A stretch of 64,000 nt of DNA from a bacterium. Lineage in GTDB: Bacteria > Patescibacteriota > Microgenomatia > Levybacterales > UBA12049. Below the pieces are notes generated by a model. The model saw only the letters and a program-made list of their open reading frames with translations. It ran no database searches and had not been told where the DNA came from. The translations under genes were made by a program, and so were the position numbers. Below are positions 32,510-40,904 of the stretch, piece after piece (positions within the stretch are counted from its first letter, which is position 1; each line of letters starts with the position of its first letter). The stretch lies in the NCBI GenBank assembly GCA_021813145.1, contig JAKALS010000003.1:6114-70113 (forward strand), given 5' to 3'.

Positions 32510-33572
32510 AGCCCGGAATGTGTAAAATATTAACCCCTATTATTTCAAGAATAACAAGAGAAAAAATAATAAACAATAGTCCCACTATTGCTGCGGTTAG
32601 TTGTTCCCTCGCTCCTTTTATCGCTTCCGGATTTCCTTGTGAGACCAAAAGCCTGTATCCGGATATTATTATCAGTAAAAGCGCCACTCCCCCCGAGAGG
32701 CTTAATATTAAGCCGAAAAGACTTGTTATAAGACTTTGGGGCTCTGTTCCTAACGTTCCAAGCGCGGTATCAACAGCAGTACAGGATCCTTTTACCGTAG
32801 AACCTAAATGGCAGGGTGAAGGCGGAGATTGATCTTGAGGGTTACCCGCGGAGTTAACCCCTCCCCCGTAAGTATCTACATAAAAAGTTGCATAACATGC
32901 CTGTTTTTCTAACAGGTGGGCGGGAGTGCACCCGTCGTTTATTTGCATATAATATCTTCCCGTTGAAAGCGGAACAAAACCAAATCCAGTACTATTCGTT
33001 AAATCTCTTCTTGTTACACAGCCGTCCCAAACGCTCCCCCCGTTGTTGTCATTAATGCGGATATAAGTGTGTAATTGATCGTCTGGATTGCCTGACGCAA
33101 GGGGACCTGTCATTTTTATTATTATATTATTGGTTGGCGTAAACGATTGGTTTAGGAATGAAATATTGCAACTTGTCCCTCCGCTTCCCGAGCCTGCGCT
33201 CCCAATCGTAAAAACAGGACTGTTGTTGCACAAATTATTTCCCGTGTCCGAAGAAAGAAAAAGCCCCACTTTGTAGGCTCCATTCCCAAAAGTTGAGGGA
33301 ACGGCGGCTGTCACTTTTCCGGAGGAGGCGGAGTAGGGGATTGGAACAGAATACCTAATGGTGTTAGTTCTTATAAAATTACCATTTAGGGAAACATAAT
33401 ATGTGAGATCCTTATTGTTTGCCAGATTCCCGTTTGTATCTATTGTAATTGTCCCGCCGTTATTAATACTGGAAGGACTGACGGAGCAGGCAAAAGAGGC
33501 GTAAGTTTTTTTAGGAAAAAATATTAAAAAAAGCAACAGTCCAAAAAAGACCAAAAGGAAAATTCTTTTCAC
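32502..33572 (-). CDS. Large pilin with a Cys-rich beta ectodomain and C-terminal VirB2-like domain
   Basis: Signal peptide, about 230 aa Ser/Thr/Gly/Cys-rich region, then SGYRLLVSQGNPEAIKGAREQLTAAIVGL. Confidence 0.82.
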   Translation of the reverse strand: MKRIFLLVFFGLLLFLIFFPKKTYASFACSVSPSSINNGGTITIDTNGNLANNKDLTYYVSLNGNFIRTNTIRYSVPIPYSASSGKVTAAVPSTFGNGAYKVGLFLSSDTGNNLCNNSPVFTIGSAGSGSGGTSCNISFLNQSFTPTNNIIIKMTGPLASGNPDDQLHTYIRINDNNGGSVWDGCVTRRDLTNSTGFGFVPLSTGRYYMQINDGCTPAHLLEKQACYATFYVDTYGGGVNSAGNPQDQSPPSPCHLGSTVKGSCTAVDTALGTLGTEPQSLITSLFGLILSLSGGVALLLIIISGYRLLVSQGNPEAIKGAREQLTAAIVGLLFIIFSLVILEIIGVNILHIPGFG

Positions 33573-33578
33573 ATTTTT

Positions 33579-33608
33579 ATCGTACTCTAATTTTTAAGAA
33601 AAATGCAA
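33579..33608 (-). promoter_or_regulatory. sigma70-type promoter (leaderless)
   Basis: TTGCAT-18-TACGAT-6 nt-GTG. Confidence 0.55.
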
Positions 33609-34937
33609 CTAGGGGGTAAATTTAAAACCACGGCCTTTCACGGTTTGGATATAAACAGGGCTATTCGGGTTGTCTTCAATTTTTTTTCTTAATCTTGATA
33701 TAAGTTGGTCTATTGCCTGTTCGGTTACCCCTGCGGTTGACTGCATTTCTCCCCACACCGCACTTACCACTTCATTTCTTTCTACAACTTTATTCCCGTT
33801 TAATATAAAAAATTTTAAAAGTTTAAACTCCGAAGATGTAAGCTTGTCCGAAAGAACTACTTGGCCTTTTTTTATTTGGTTCGAATTTTTGTCAAAAACT
33901 ATTTTTCCGGTTTCCTCCGAGCGTATCCTTGCGCTATCTTTTAAATAATCCCTTAATAGGGGGATTTGAAGTGAATTATCTTTGACAAGGCCCAATTTTC
34001 TCAGGAATTCAACGTCAATGCTTCCAAAATTTAAAAGCGAAATTTTTGTTTGTTCGTCGGGATTTAGAGCATTCCAAATCGCAAACAATGCACTTCTTAC
34101 GGGCATTTGTTTAAGTAGAAACTCCTTAATCTCTCCGTTAATTTTTTGATTTACAGAAAGCACTGCCTCCAGAGAGTGTCTTGTAAGATTTCCGTGTCCG
34201 CCCGTTAATGAAATTACATCTTCGATAATATTATTTTTTATTTTTTTGCCTGTAATTTTTTCAAGATAGGCTATTCTAAAATTCATTCCCGCCCTGTCAT
34301 AAAGGGTAAGGTAAATAAGCTTCCCGGCTGTAAATTCGTAAAAATCAGAAAAAAATGTCGGCTCAAGGATGTCCTCGATCGGTCTTGAGGAAGAAATTAC
34401 AACAGAAAATCTGTACTTTGCCCTGTTTCTTAAAATCCTAAGATTGGAAAAAAAATCAGGGGACAAAGAAGGAATATGCTCTTCAAACCTGTCCAAAAGA
34501 AAAACAACGGTAAACTCTTTTTCTATAGATAAAAAATCTATTGCTTTTTTTAATCCGTCAAATAAAACAAGCTCGTCATTGGCCTTAAGGCTTTCCTTAA
34601 AGAAGGAATTAATTTTTTCGTATTCGTTGTCCATCCGTCTTTCCCTAAGGGAGTCCAAAAGCCCCAAAAAAATAAATTTAGTTACCTCTAGAATCGTTTT
34701 ATTTTTTATTTCCGAAAAATTTAAAAGGACAAAATGGAACCATTTTTGATTTTCCCCAAGATGTTTTTCTTTTACTTTTTTATTATAGGCAAGAAGCCCC
34801 AAGAGATTTGACCTCCCTACTCCGGGAACCCCTATTATTTGGCAGGAATTCCCCTCCTTAATGAATTCCAATATTTTTTTTATCTCGGAAAATCTCGTGT
34901 CCTCCGGATATAGTGATTCAAAGTGACTGGGTTCCAT
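33609..34937 (-). CDS. Degenerate P-loop NTPase fused to an OmpR/PhoB-type wHTH (paralog of 13652-14956)
   Basis: Walker A-like GVPGVGRSN, Walker B-like FLLDRFE; LTSSEFKLL...IDQLISRLRKKIEDNPNSPVYIQTVKGRGFKF. Confidence 0.85.
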   Translation of the reverse strand: MEPSHFESLYPEDTRFSEIKKILEFIKEGNSCQIIGVPGVGRSNLLGLLAYNKKVKEKHLGENQKWFHFVLLNFSEIKNKTILEVTKFIFLGLLDSLRERRMDNEYEKINSFFKESLKANDELVLFDGLKKAIDFLSIEKEFTVVFLLDRFEEHIPSLSPDFFSNLRILRNRAKYRFSVVISSSRPIEDILEPTFFSDFYEFTAGKLIYLTLYDRAGMNFRIAYLEKITGKKIKNNIIEDVISLTGGHGNLTRHSLEAVLSVNQKINGEIKEFLLKQMPVRSALFAIWNALNPDEQTKISLLNFGSIDVEFLRKLGLVKDNSLQIPLLRDYLKDSARIRSEETGKIVFDKNSNQIKKGQVVLSDKLTSSEFKLLKFFILNGNKVVERNEVVSAVWGEMQSTAGVTEQAIDQLISRLRKKIEDNPNSPVYIQTVKGRGFKFTP

Positions 34938-35012
34938 GGTTAGTACATTGTAATTTTTTTGTTAGGTAAATATCAAGCAAAGCGAGAAATCTTTTTCTAA
35001 ACTTCGGTTAAT

Positions 35013-37604
35013 ATGACAGAGCAGCAACCAAGACCAATTAATTTGACAAACCAAACCAATCTAAATAGACTGGAAGGTGAAAGGATAATTATGCCTGAGC
35101 CGGGCGGACAGGAGCAGCAGGCTCCGATAACGCCAAGACAAGAAGAGGTAATACAAGAAGCAGTTAATCCGCCGGAAGGAATAGATAGGCCCGCAGAAGA
35201 AGCGGCAGGGATTTCTCCCAGGAGACCTGAACATAGGGAAAGCCATGCGGAAAGAGTGGAAAGAACATTCGAAGAGTTTACGAGAAGCATTCAAACCAAA
35301 GACACTCTTTCCCAGCTTGCAAGCGATACTCCGGATTTTGCAAAAACACCCGAGCTTAAAAAATTTGTAGATGAGCTTGAGCCCGGAGGAGATTTAATAA
35401 GATATTTTGCAGATTTTATTACAAACCCCGAGCAGGATTATGTAGACGAAGAAGGGGCACGCTATAGAATATCTACTGCTTCAAGAAGAGTCCTTTTTGA
35501 ATGGGCGCTTGAAAAAATCATAGGACTTCCCGAACAGGGGTCTCCAGAGGCGAGATATTCGATAGACTCCTTTCAGGCCAGAGAAAACCTTACCCTCCTA
35601 AAAGCCCTTAGCCTTTCCCGCTTTAATAATGAATTCTCAAGGTATATAGGAAGCATGATAGAAATCAGGGAAATGGCCCACGAACTTCGAAGAAACCTGA
35701 CCCAGGGCGATGCCTATAAAGAATTCATGCAGAAGGAGTTAAAGGCTCACGGAATTGATTTTATGAGAAACGAAGTCTCGGGAGTAAAAGACGTAATTTC
35801 ATTATACGAGCTTTTTACGGGTCTTAAGGTTTCGCAAAAAAGGGAATGGTTAAGCGCGGGAGACGTTGAGGATATAGACCACGAAGTTAAAGAGGCAATA
35901 ATGGCTCTTAAAGGAAAAAGCCAGATAAAGCAGGGAGAAAGGCCTTTGACGGATTGGGAAATAGATAGGGCGCTTTCTATAGGGAAAACACTTTTTGCAG
36001 GTACACAAAGGTTTGCAATGTATACCGTTTTGGGCTCTATTCCGACTCAAACGGCGGAAAGAGCAGGCTCGGTCCCTTACGAATATATAGTAAGAACACT
36101 TGCCCCTATTAAAATTACAGCTGCCAGGTATTTTACTTCTGCGGGACAAAGGTATCTTCAAGAAAGGATTCTCGATAATTATAAAAATGGCAAAAAAACG
36201 TCTTCCCTTTTTGGTATTGCCGAAAATTCCTGGGCGATGAACAACTTTAACGCATTTGATGTCGAAAGTCACAGTTGGAGGTCGCAGTTAATGTTTTTAG
36301 GGGATATGAGATTCAGGATAAAAACCGGGGAAGACGCAGAAGGAAACCCTGTTTATAAAGAAGGCAATGTTTTGGAATACTTTAACGACGAGCTGACTAG
36401 GTTGGCAGAGAGCACGGGAGCTGAATATGATCCCGCTTTAGGACTTGAGGGGGGTTCGGATAAAGAATTTTCCAATAACGAAAATGTTGCAGCCCTGGCT
36501 CTGGGGCAAAAACTTTACCTTTCAGTTTTGGGAAAATATTCACCTTTTAGCGAAGAGTTAAAAAGAGGAATATACCGAAAAATTGCAATTTACGATCCTC
36601 TTGCTTTTACTTCTCTTTCTCCCGAAGTGTTAAGCTCTCTTTCTCCCGAGCAAAAAAGAGTTTGGCAGGGAATGGCAATAAAAATGGGAATGGCAAATTC
36701 CATAAGGCTCAGGAAAGAAGGAGAAGAATATTTTGACGAACATGAACATAGGAAAACTTTGGATATAGACAGCCTGAAACAAGAGGCGGGAGAAACATAT
36801 GATTTTTCGACTAAAAAACTTAAAGATGTATCACAGATAAGTGATGACTATAAATATCAGATATTGTCCAAATACTTTTCCGAGGAGTACGGGAATGCAT
36901 TAACCGGAGAAGAGCAAGAGGTTCTAAAAACAATCATAAGAACTTCTTTAAGCGGAGAATTTGTAAATAATGTGGTCTCTGCGGAAAAACCTTTCACTTT
37001 TATAATCGACGATGCCCCCCATGTTGCCTGGAGCAAAACAAGGGACGGAGTTGGGGGTTTGGGAGACGAAAACCTTTTTAGGATTTTGCTTTCGGACCAG
37101 GGCAACCTTGCGGAATCCTGGGGTGCGCTAAACGGTTTGATTGAACATCCTCCGGCCGACCCGTCCAAGGCATTTATAACTTTCGTACAAAAAAGAGCAC
37201 TTGTTACGGGAAGAGGAGAGGCCCAAGGAAAACTGGAGCCGTTTTTAAACGCCTGGTTGGATATGGCTTCTACTTACGACCGTTCTAAATGGATAGGGGC
37301 AATAGAAAAAGCCACAAGGCACCCAAGGTCGGAAATGGAAAAATTTTACAGGGGGAATTATATTTCCATGGATGAACAGGATAAGTCGATATTTTTAGAC
37401 TCATTGGCCCAACAAGGAGCGATCGGGACAAATATAGCGAGAGGGCCTTCACAACTTGAAGAATTGAAGAAAAGAAATAAGGCTTATATTATAGATAACC
37501 TCAGGAGGTCCGCAAGGATGATATTGCTCCTTTTAGGTCCAACGCTGGGAATTCAATTTCTAAAACTTATATTTCCCGATGAGATAACAAAAGGACTTAA
37601 GTAA
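35013..37604 (+). CDS. Large hypothetical protein with disordered N-terminus and C-terminal hydrophobic helix
   Basis: 863-aa ORF; Pro/Glu/Gln-rich N-terminus; MILLLLGPTLGIQFLKLIF near the C-terminus. Confidence 0.8.
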   Translation: MTEQQPRPINLTNQTNLNRLEGERIIMPEPGGQEQQAPITPRQEEVIQEAVNPPEGIDRPAEEAAGISPRRPEHRESHAERVERTFEEFTRSIQTKDTLSQLASDTPDFAKTPELKKFVDELEPGGDLIRYFADFITNPEQDYVDEEGARYRISTASRRVLFEWALEKIIGLPEQGSPEARYSIDSFQARENLTLLKALSLSRFNNEFSRYIGSMIEIREMAHELRRNLTQGDAYKEFMQKELKAHGIDFMRNEVSGVKDVISLYELFTGLKVSQKREWLSAGDVEDIDHEVKEAIMALKGKSQIKQGERPLTDWEIDRALSIGKTLFAGTQRFAMYTVLGSIPTQTAERAGSVPYEYIVRTLAPIKITAARYFTSAGQRYLQERILDNYKNGKKTSSLFGIAENSWAMNNFNAFDVESHSWRSQLMFLGDMRFRIKTGEDAEGNPVYKEGNVLEYFNDELTRLAESTGAEYDPALGLEGGSDKEFSNNENVAALALGQKLYLSVLGKYSPFSEELKRGIYRKIAIYDPLAFTSLSPEVLSSLSPEQKRVWQGMAIKMGMANSIRLRKEGEEYFDEHEHRKTLDIDSLKQEAGETYDFSTKKLKDVSQISDDYKYQILSKYFSEEYGNALTGEEQEVLKTIIRTSLSGEFVNNVVSAEKPFTFIIDDAPHVAWSKTRDGVGGLGDENLFRILLSDQGNLAESWGALNGLIEHPPADPSKAFITFVQKRALVTGRGEAQGKLEPFLNAWLDMASTYDRSKWIGAIEKATRHPRSEMEKFYRGNYISMDEQDKSIFLDSLAQQGAIGTNIARGPSQLEELKKRNKAYIIDNLRRSARMILLLLGPTLGIQFLKLIFPDEITKGLK

Positions 37605-39203
37605 TTATCCTCTTCCAAACATTCTACCTATGAAGGCTCGTCCTAATTTTCGCTCGCCATATTCAGGAGGAGCGCCTTTTGTTGCCCCTTCCTTTAGTGC
37701 GATTACCTCTCTTGATGCAGCTATTGTGCCACCCACATTTCTTACTACATTGGTGGGATAGGCGACTCCGGCAGAAACAGCCTGGCCGATTGGACCAAGG
37801 TCAATCTTGGGAGCCTTAAAGGCAGCTTTGGTTATGTTGACAACATGCGGAGTGGTAAAGATAACACCCAGTGCTATTAATGCCCCAACCGTGTTTGTGG
37901 CTCCCGGGTTTCCTATTAAAGGAGGGACAAATTGCCCCGCCTGATAAGAACTTCCAAATGAGTCTATAAACAACTTTCCAATTAAAAACATTGCTATTGT
38001 TACTGGAAATGCCGAAAGATTTCCAAGCATGTCCCTGAGCCATGCGCTGAACCCGACATTAGAAGAGTTACCGGTCCCGGGAATTAAGCCTCCTATTATC
38101 CAAAAAGGCGCAAAAATTACGTCTACAAGAGTGAATATATAAGCAGAAAGAAGCGCAAACCAAAGCCTGAAAAGAGACCACAAAATGGCAACTGTTATAA
38201 CTATAAAAGCAAGTATTCCGCCTACGAATGCGAGTAGTCCGCCTATCACGGCCCCAAGAACTGTTCCCACGGGGTTTGTTAAAAGATCTACAAAACCGTT
38301 TCCGGCAGTTGTCTGGGCAGCTCCTCCATTGGAGAAAAGACTAAGAATGATGTTGGCAATAGAAGTTGAGGCGTTTGTGGCGACACCTAAAATGCCTCCA
38401 TTGTAAGCGTCATTTGCAAAATTAAGCGGTGTAGTGTAAAGATTTGACGTAAGGTGTCCGGCCTGAGCGCTTGCGCTGGCGGAATTTATGATATTAGGGT
38501 CTGCTTGGGTAAGCACATTTATAATAAGATAAATAGCTACCCACATTACATCTACCAACAAACCTGCTATCGCAAAAGAAAAAGTAACAAACAAAATACC
38601 TATTATTAGTTTTGGAATCTGATTTTGAATTGTCATTACGGTTCTGGGGTCGATTTTTATTCTAAGCATTATCGCAAAACCGATGATTATAAAAATCAAT
38701 ACAAAAATTAAATAGACGAGGTTTCTAAATACGATCCAGGCATTCATTAGGGGAGAGAGCTGATCAAATCCGGTTTCTTGTTTTACGGTTGCGGCATAAC
38801 TCGGCTTTGTAATCCCGAAATTGTCCCTTACATAGGCAATGAAGTCGCTTGTATGAACGGGCGGATTAAGAGTCATGGTAATAAGGCTACCCATAACCGC
38901 AATAGCCCCTCCGCTATTCTGGACAAATCCTATTTTTCCCGTTTTTTTGTCAACCCCTAAGCATTGAGCCTTAGGGTTTGAAGGATCAACTCCGGCAAGC
39001 TGGCAGCTTATTGCTGAGAGGGTTTGGATCATTACATTTTGAGTCAATGTATTCATGTTTTGAGGAACATCGCTATTGGTATTGGCATTTAGATAGGGAT
39101 TTGTTTGAGAAGAATCTGATTGGGCAAAGGTTAGGGTTTTAGCAAAAAACAGTCCCGTTATGAGAAGAAGTCCAATAAAAAACAAACGGACAGAGATTTT
39201 CAT
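37605..39203 (-). CDS. Polytopic membrane protein, VirB6/TrbL-like
   Basis: Signal peptide, WIVFRN..., FSFAIAGLLVD, IFAPFWI..IPG, multiple TM helices and a Gly-rich tail; near the VirB4/pilin cluster. Confidence 0.65.
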   Translation of the reverse strand: MKISVRLFFIGLLLITGLFFAKTLTFAQSDSSQTNPYLNANTNSDVPQNMNTLTQNVMIQTLSAISCQLAGVDPSNPKAQCLGVDKKTGKIGFVQNSGGAIAVMGSLITMTLNPPVHTSDFIAYVRDNFGITKPSYAATVKQETGFDQLSPLMNAWIVFRNLVYLIFVLIFIIIGFAIMLRIKIDPRTVMTIQNQIPKLIIGILFVTFSFAIAGLLVDVMWVAIYLIINVLTQADPNIINSASASAQAGHLTSNLYTTPLNFANDAYNGGILGVATNASTSIANIILSLFSNGGAAQTTAGNGFVDLLTNPVGTVLGAVIGGLLAFVGGILAFIVITVAILWSLFRLWFALLSAYIFTLVDVIFAPFWIIGGLIPGTGNSSNVGFSAWLRDMLGNLSAFPVTIAMFLIGKLFIDSFGSSYQAGQFVPPLIGNPGATNTVGALIALGVIFTTPHVVNITKAAFKAPKIDLGPIGQAVSAGVAYPTNVVRNVGGTIAASREVIALKEGATKGAPPEYGERKLGRAFIGRMFGRG

Positions 39204-39317
39204 CCTAAAATCAGTTTGTCCTATTTTGTGGCTTATGTCAAGCGCAGCAGTCGTATTGGCGGAGAGAGGCGGGATTTGGTTCGACTATGCTCACCATAAA
39301 CTTCTCATCCCTTGGTG

Positions 39318-39405
39318 CGGAGGGGGCGGGATTCGAACCCGCGATATCCTTGCGGATATACCTGCTCTCCAAGCAAGCGCACTAGACCAACTATGCGACC
39401 CCTCC
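39318..39405 (-). tRNA. tRNA-Ser(GGA)
   Basis: Acceptor GGAGGGG/CCCCTCC, anticodon arm CTTGC-TTGGAGA-GCAGG, long variable arm, GGTTCGAATCC. Confidence 0.95.
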
Positions 39406-39407
39406 AA

Positions 39408-39442
39408 ACTAGATGCTAGAAACTAGATACTAGATGTTAGAT
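39408..39442. repeat. Degenerate heptamer array (consensus ACTAGAT)x5
   Basis: actagat gctagaa actagat actagat gttagat; overlaps the NUDIX stop codon. Confidence 0.85.
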
Positions 39443-39866
39443 GTTTCTGAGCCTCTTTCCAGACCTCTTTGTCCGATTTATAGGTTAATCTGTTTTCAAC
39501 TTCTTCCGGTTTTATCCACTCAACATTTTCCATTTCCCAATCATGCTCACTAATGTCTCCCGATAAATATTCCATTAAGTAATAATATACGGTTTTTTTT
39601 ATTTTCTCGCCCTCCAGAACGTACCAATACTGAACAGGACTTAAAGCCTTTATTATTTTACCGCTAACACCTGTTTCTTCTTTTACTTCCCTTACCGCCG
39701 TTTGTTCTTTTCCCTCTCCTTTTATGTGGTCTCCGATAATACCTTTAGGAAAAACCCAACCGTGGTGTTGGGAATGCTGAGACACCAAGATCAGGATTGC
39801 TGATTGCTGATTACTGATTACTGATTTTTTAAATACGACTCCGCCGGCAGAAAATTCAAATCTCAT
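39423..39866 (-). CDS. NUDIX hydrolase (Ap4A hydrolase-like)
   Basis: SAGGVV, WVFPKG and Nudix box E..EQTAVREVKEETGV. Confidence 0.9.
   Translation of the reverse strand: MRFEFSAGGVVFKKSVISNQQSAILILVSQHSQHHGWVFPKGIIGDHIKGEGKEQTAVREVKEETGVSGKIIKALSPVQYWYVLEGEKIKKTVYYYLMEYLSGDISEHDWEMENVEWIKPEEVENRLTYKSDKEVWKEAQKHLTSSI
39795..39826. repeat. Heptamer array (GATTRCT)x4 inside the NUDIX CDS
   Basis: gattgct gattgct gattact gattact gatt; encodes SVISNQQSAI. Confidence 0.88.
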
Positions 39867-39881
39867 AATTCTTACTTACTG

Positions 39882-39968
39882 CGGAGAGGGTGAGATTCGA
39901 ACTCACGGTCGCCTTTCGACGACAGCGGTTTTCGAAACCGCCGCACTAGTCCGCTATGCGACCTCTCC
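39882..39968 (-). tRNA. tRNA-Ser(CGA)
   Basis: Acceptor GGAGAGG/CCTCTCC, anticodon arm GCGGT-TTCGAAA-ACCGC, long variable arm. Confidence 0.95.
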
Positions 39969-39973
39969 GTTTG

Positions 39974-40046
39974 CGTGCCCGAGAGGAATCGAACCTCCAA
40001 CCGCCTGGACCGCAACCAAGTGTTCTATCCGTTGAACTACGGGCAC
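39974..40046 (-). tRNA. tRNA-Arg(GCG)
   Basis: Acceptor GTGCCCG/CGGGCAC, anticodon arm CTTGG-TTGCGGT-CCAGG, GGTTCGATTCC. Confidence 0.93.
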
Positions 40047-40088
40047 TTGCAAAGTGTATTTTACTTTATTGGAGGATTCTTAGCAAAC

Positions 40089-40667
40089 CTAAATAGTTCC
40101 TTCGAGGGGAAAATTCCTTGTAAGCCAGTCTGCGGCTTTGTCCATAAAAGTGGGTTTTATATATTCTCGGTAGGGAAGATAAGGCAAAAGTATACTTTTT
40201 ACATGGTCTTCGCTTACATCTCCGAGCGTTATCGTTAGCTCTCCGGGTATAAAAGCATGGGTTCTTATGTGTAAGACCCTGACTCCCTGTCTGTTCCAAA
40301 AATAAAAGTCGTAGAGCTCCTGCCATAAGAAAAAATGGTCTTCTATTGTTACCCCCTCCGTACTTATTCTGAAGTGAAAATCCCTGGGTGGTACGCTTGC
40401 CAGGGCAAAAGCTACAAAGACAAGCGATAAAACAACAAGCATAAGCATATATTGCGAAAAAAGAAAAAGAATAATTTCTACGAAAAGCATAATAAGAAGA
40501 CTCGTTAAATAATATTGTTTTGTCCTTTTTTTAAAAGGTCTTCCCGGGGCCGTCCATGCAAGAAGAGTTTTAACCTGCGGAACTTCTTCGGTTGTTTCTT
40601 TAATTTCCTTTGATGATTCTTTTTGCGGAGTTTCTTTTTTAACTTCAGGTGCTTTTTGGACAGTCAT
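40089..40667 (-). CDS. Two-TM membrane protein with C-terminal PH-like beta domain
   Basis: LLAWTAP.RPFKKR, two TM helices, then ISTEGVTIEDHFFLWQELYDF. Confidence 0.75.
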   Translation of the reverse strand: MTVQKAPEVKKETPQKESSKEIKETTEEVPQVKTLLAWTAPGRPFKKRTKQYYLTSLLIMLFVEIILFLFSQYMLMLVVLSLVFVAFALASVPPRDFHFRISTEGVTIEDHFFLWQELYDFYFWNRQGVRVLHIRTHAFIPGELTITLGDVSEDHVKSILLPYLPYREYIKPTFMDKAADWLTRNFPLEGTI

Positions 40668-40763
40668 AATTTAACTTTATATTAAAGATACCTTTAAGTC
40701 AACGAAAGGAACTTATCTACAGCAGAATGTCCTTGTCGAAGGGCGGATTCGAGTTAGACTCGG

Positions 40764-40850
40764 CGGAGAGGGTGGGATTCGAACCCACGGTGGCATTGCT
40801 GCCACGATGGTTTTCAAGACCATTGCACTAGTCCGCTATGCGACCTCTCC
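40764..40850 (-). tRNA. tRNA-Ser(UGA)
   Basis: Acceptor GGAGAGG/CCTCTCC, anticodon arm ATGGT-CTTGAAA-ACCAT, long variable arm. Confidence 0.95.
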
Positions 40851-40904
40851 TTGCTTGACATTATAGTTTAACTTTGGCTTAAACGCTAGAGTTACGGGGG
40901 TAAT

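Noticed and set aside
26375-39405. Integrative conjugative element inserted at tRNA-Ser
   Set aside because: No integrase or relaxase, and no matching att copy at the dnaN end. The tRNA-like fragment lies only about 40 nt from the tRNA.
39160-40326. ORFs 39160-39426, 39975-40238 and 40066-40326
   Set aside because: They overlap tRNA genes or a better-supported CDS and are shadow ORFs.
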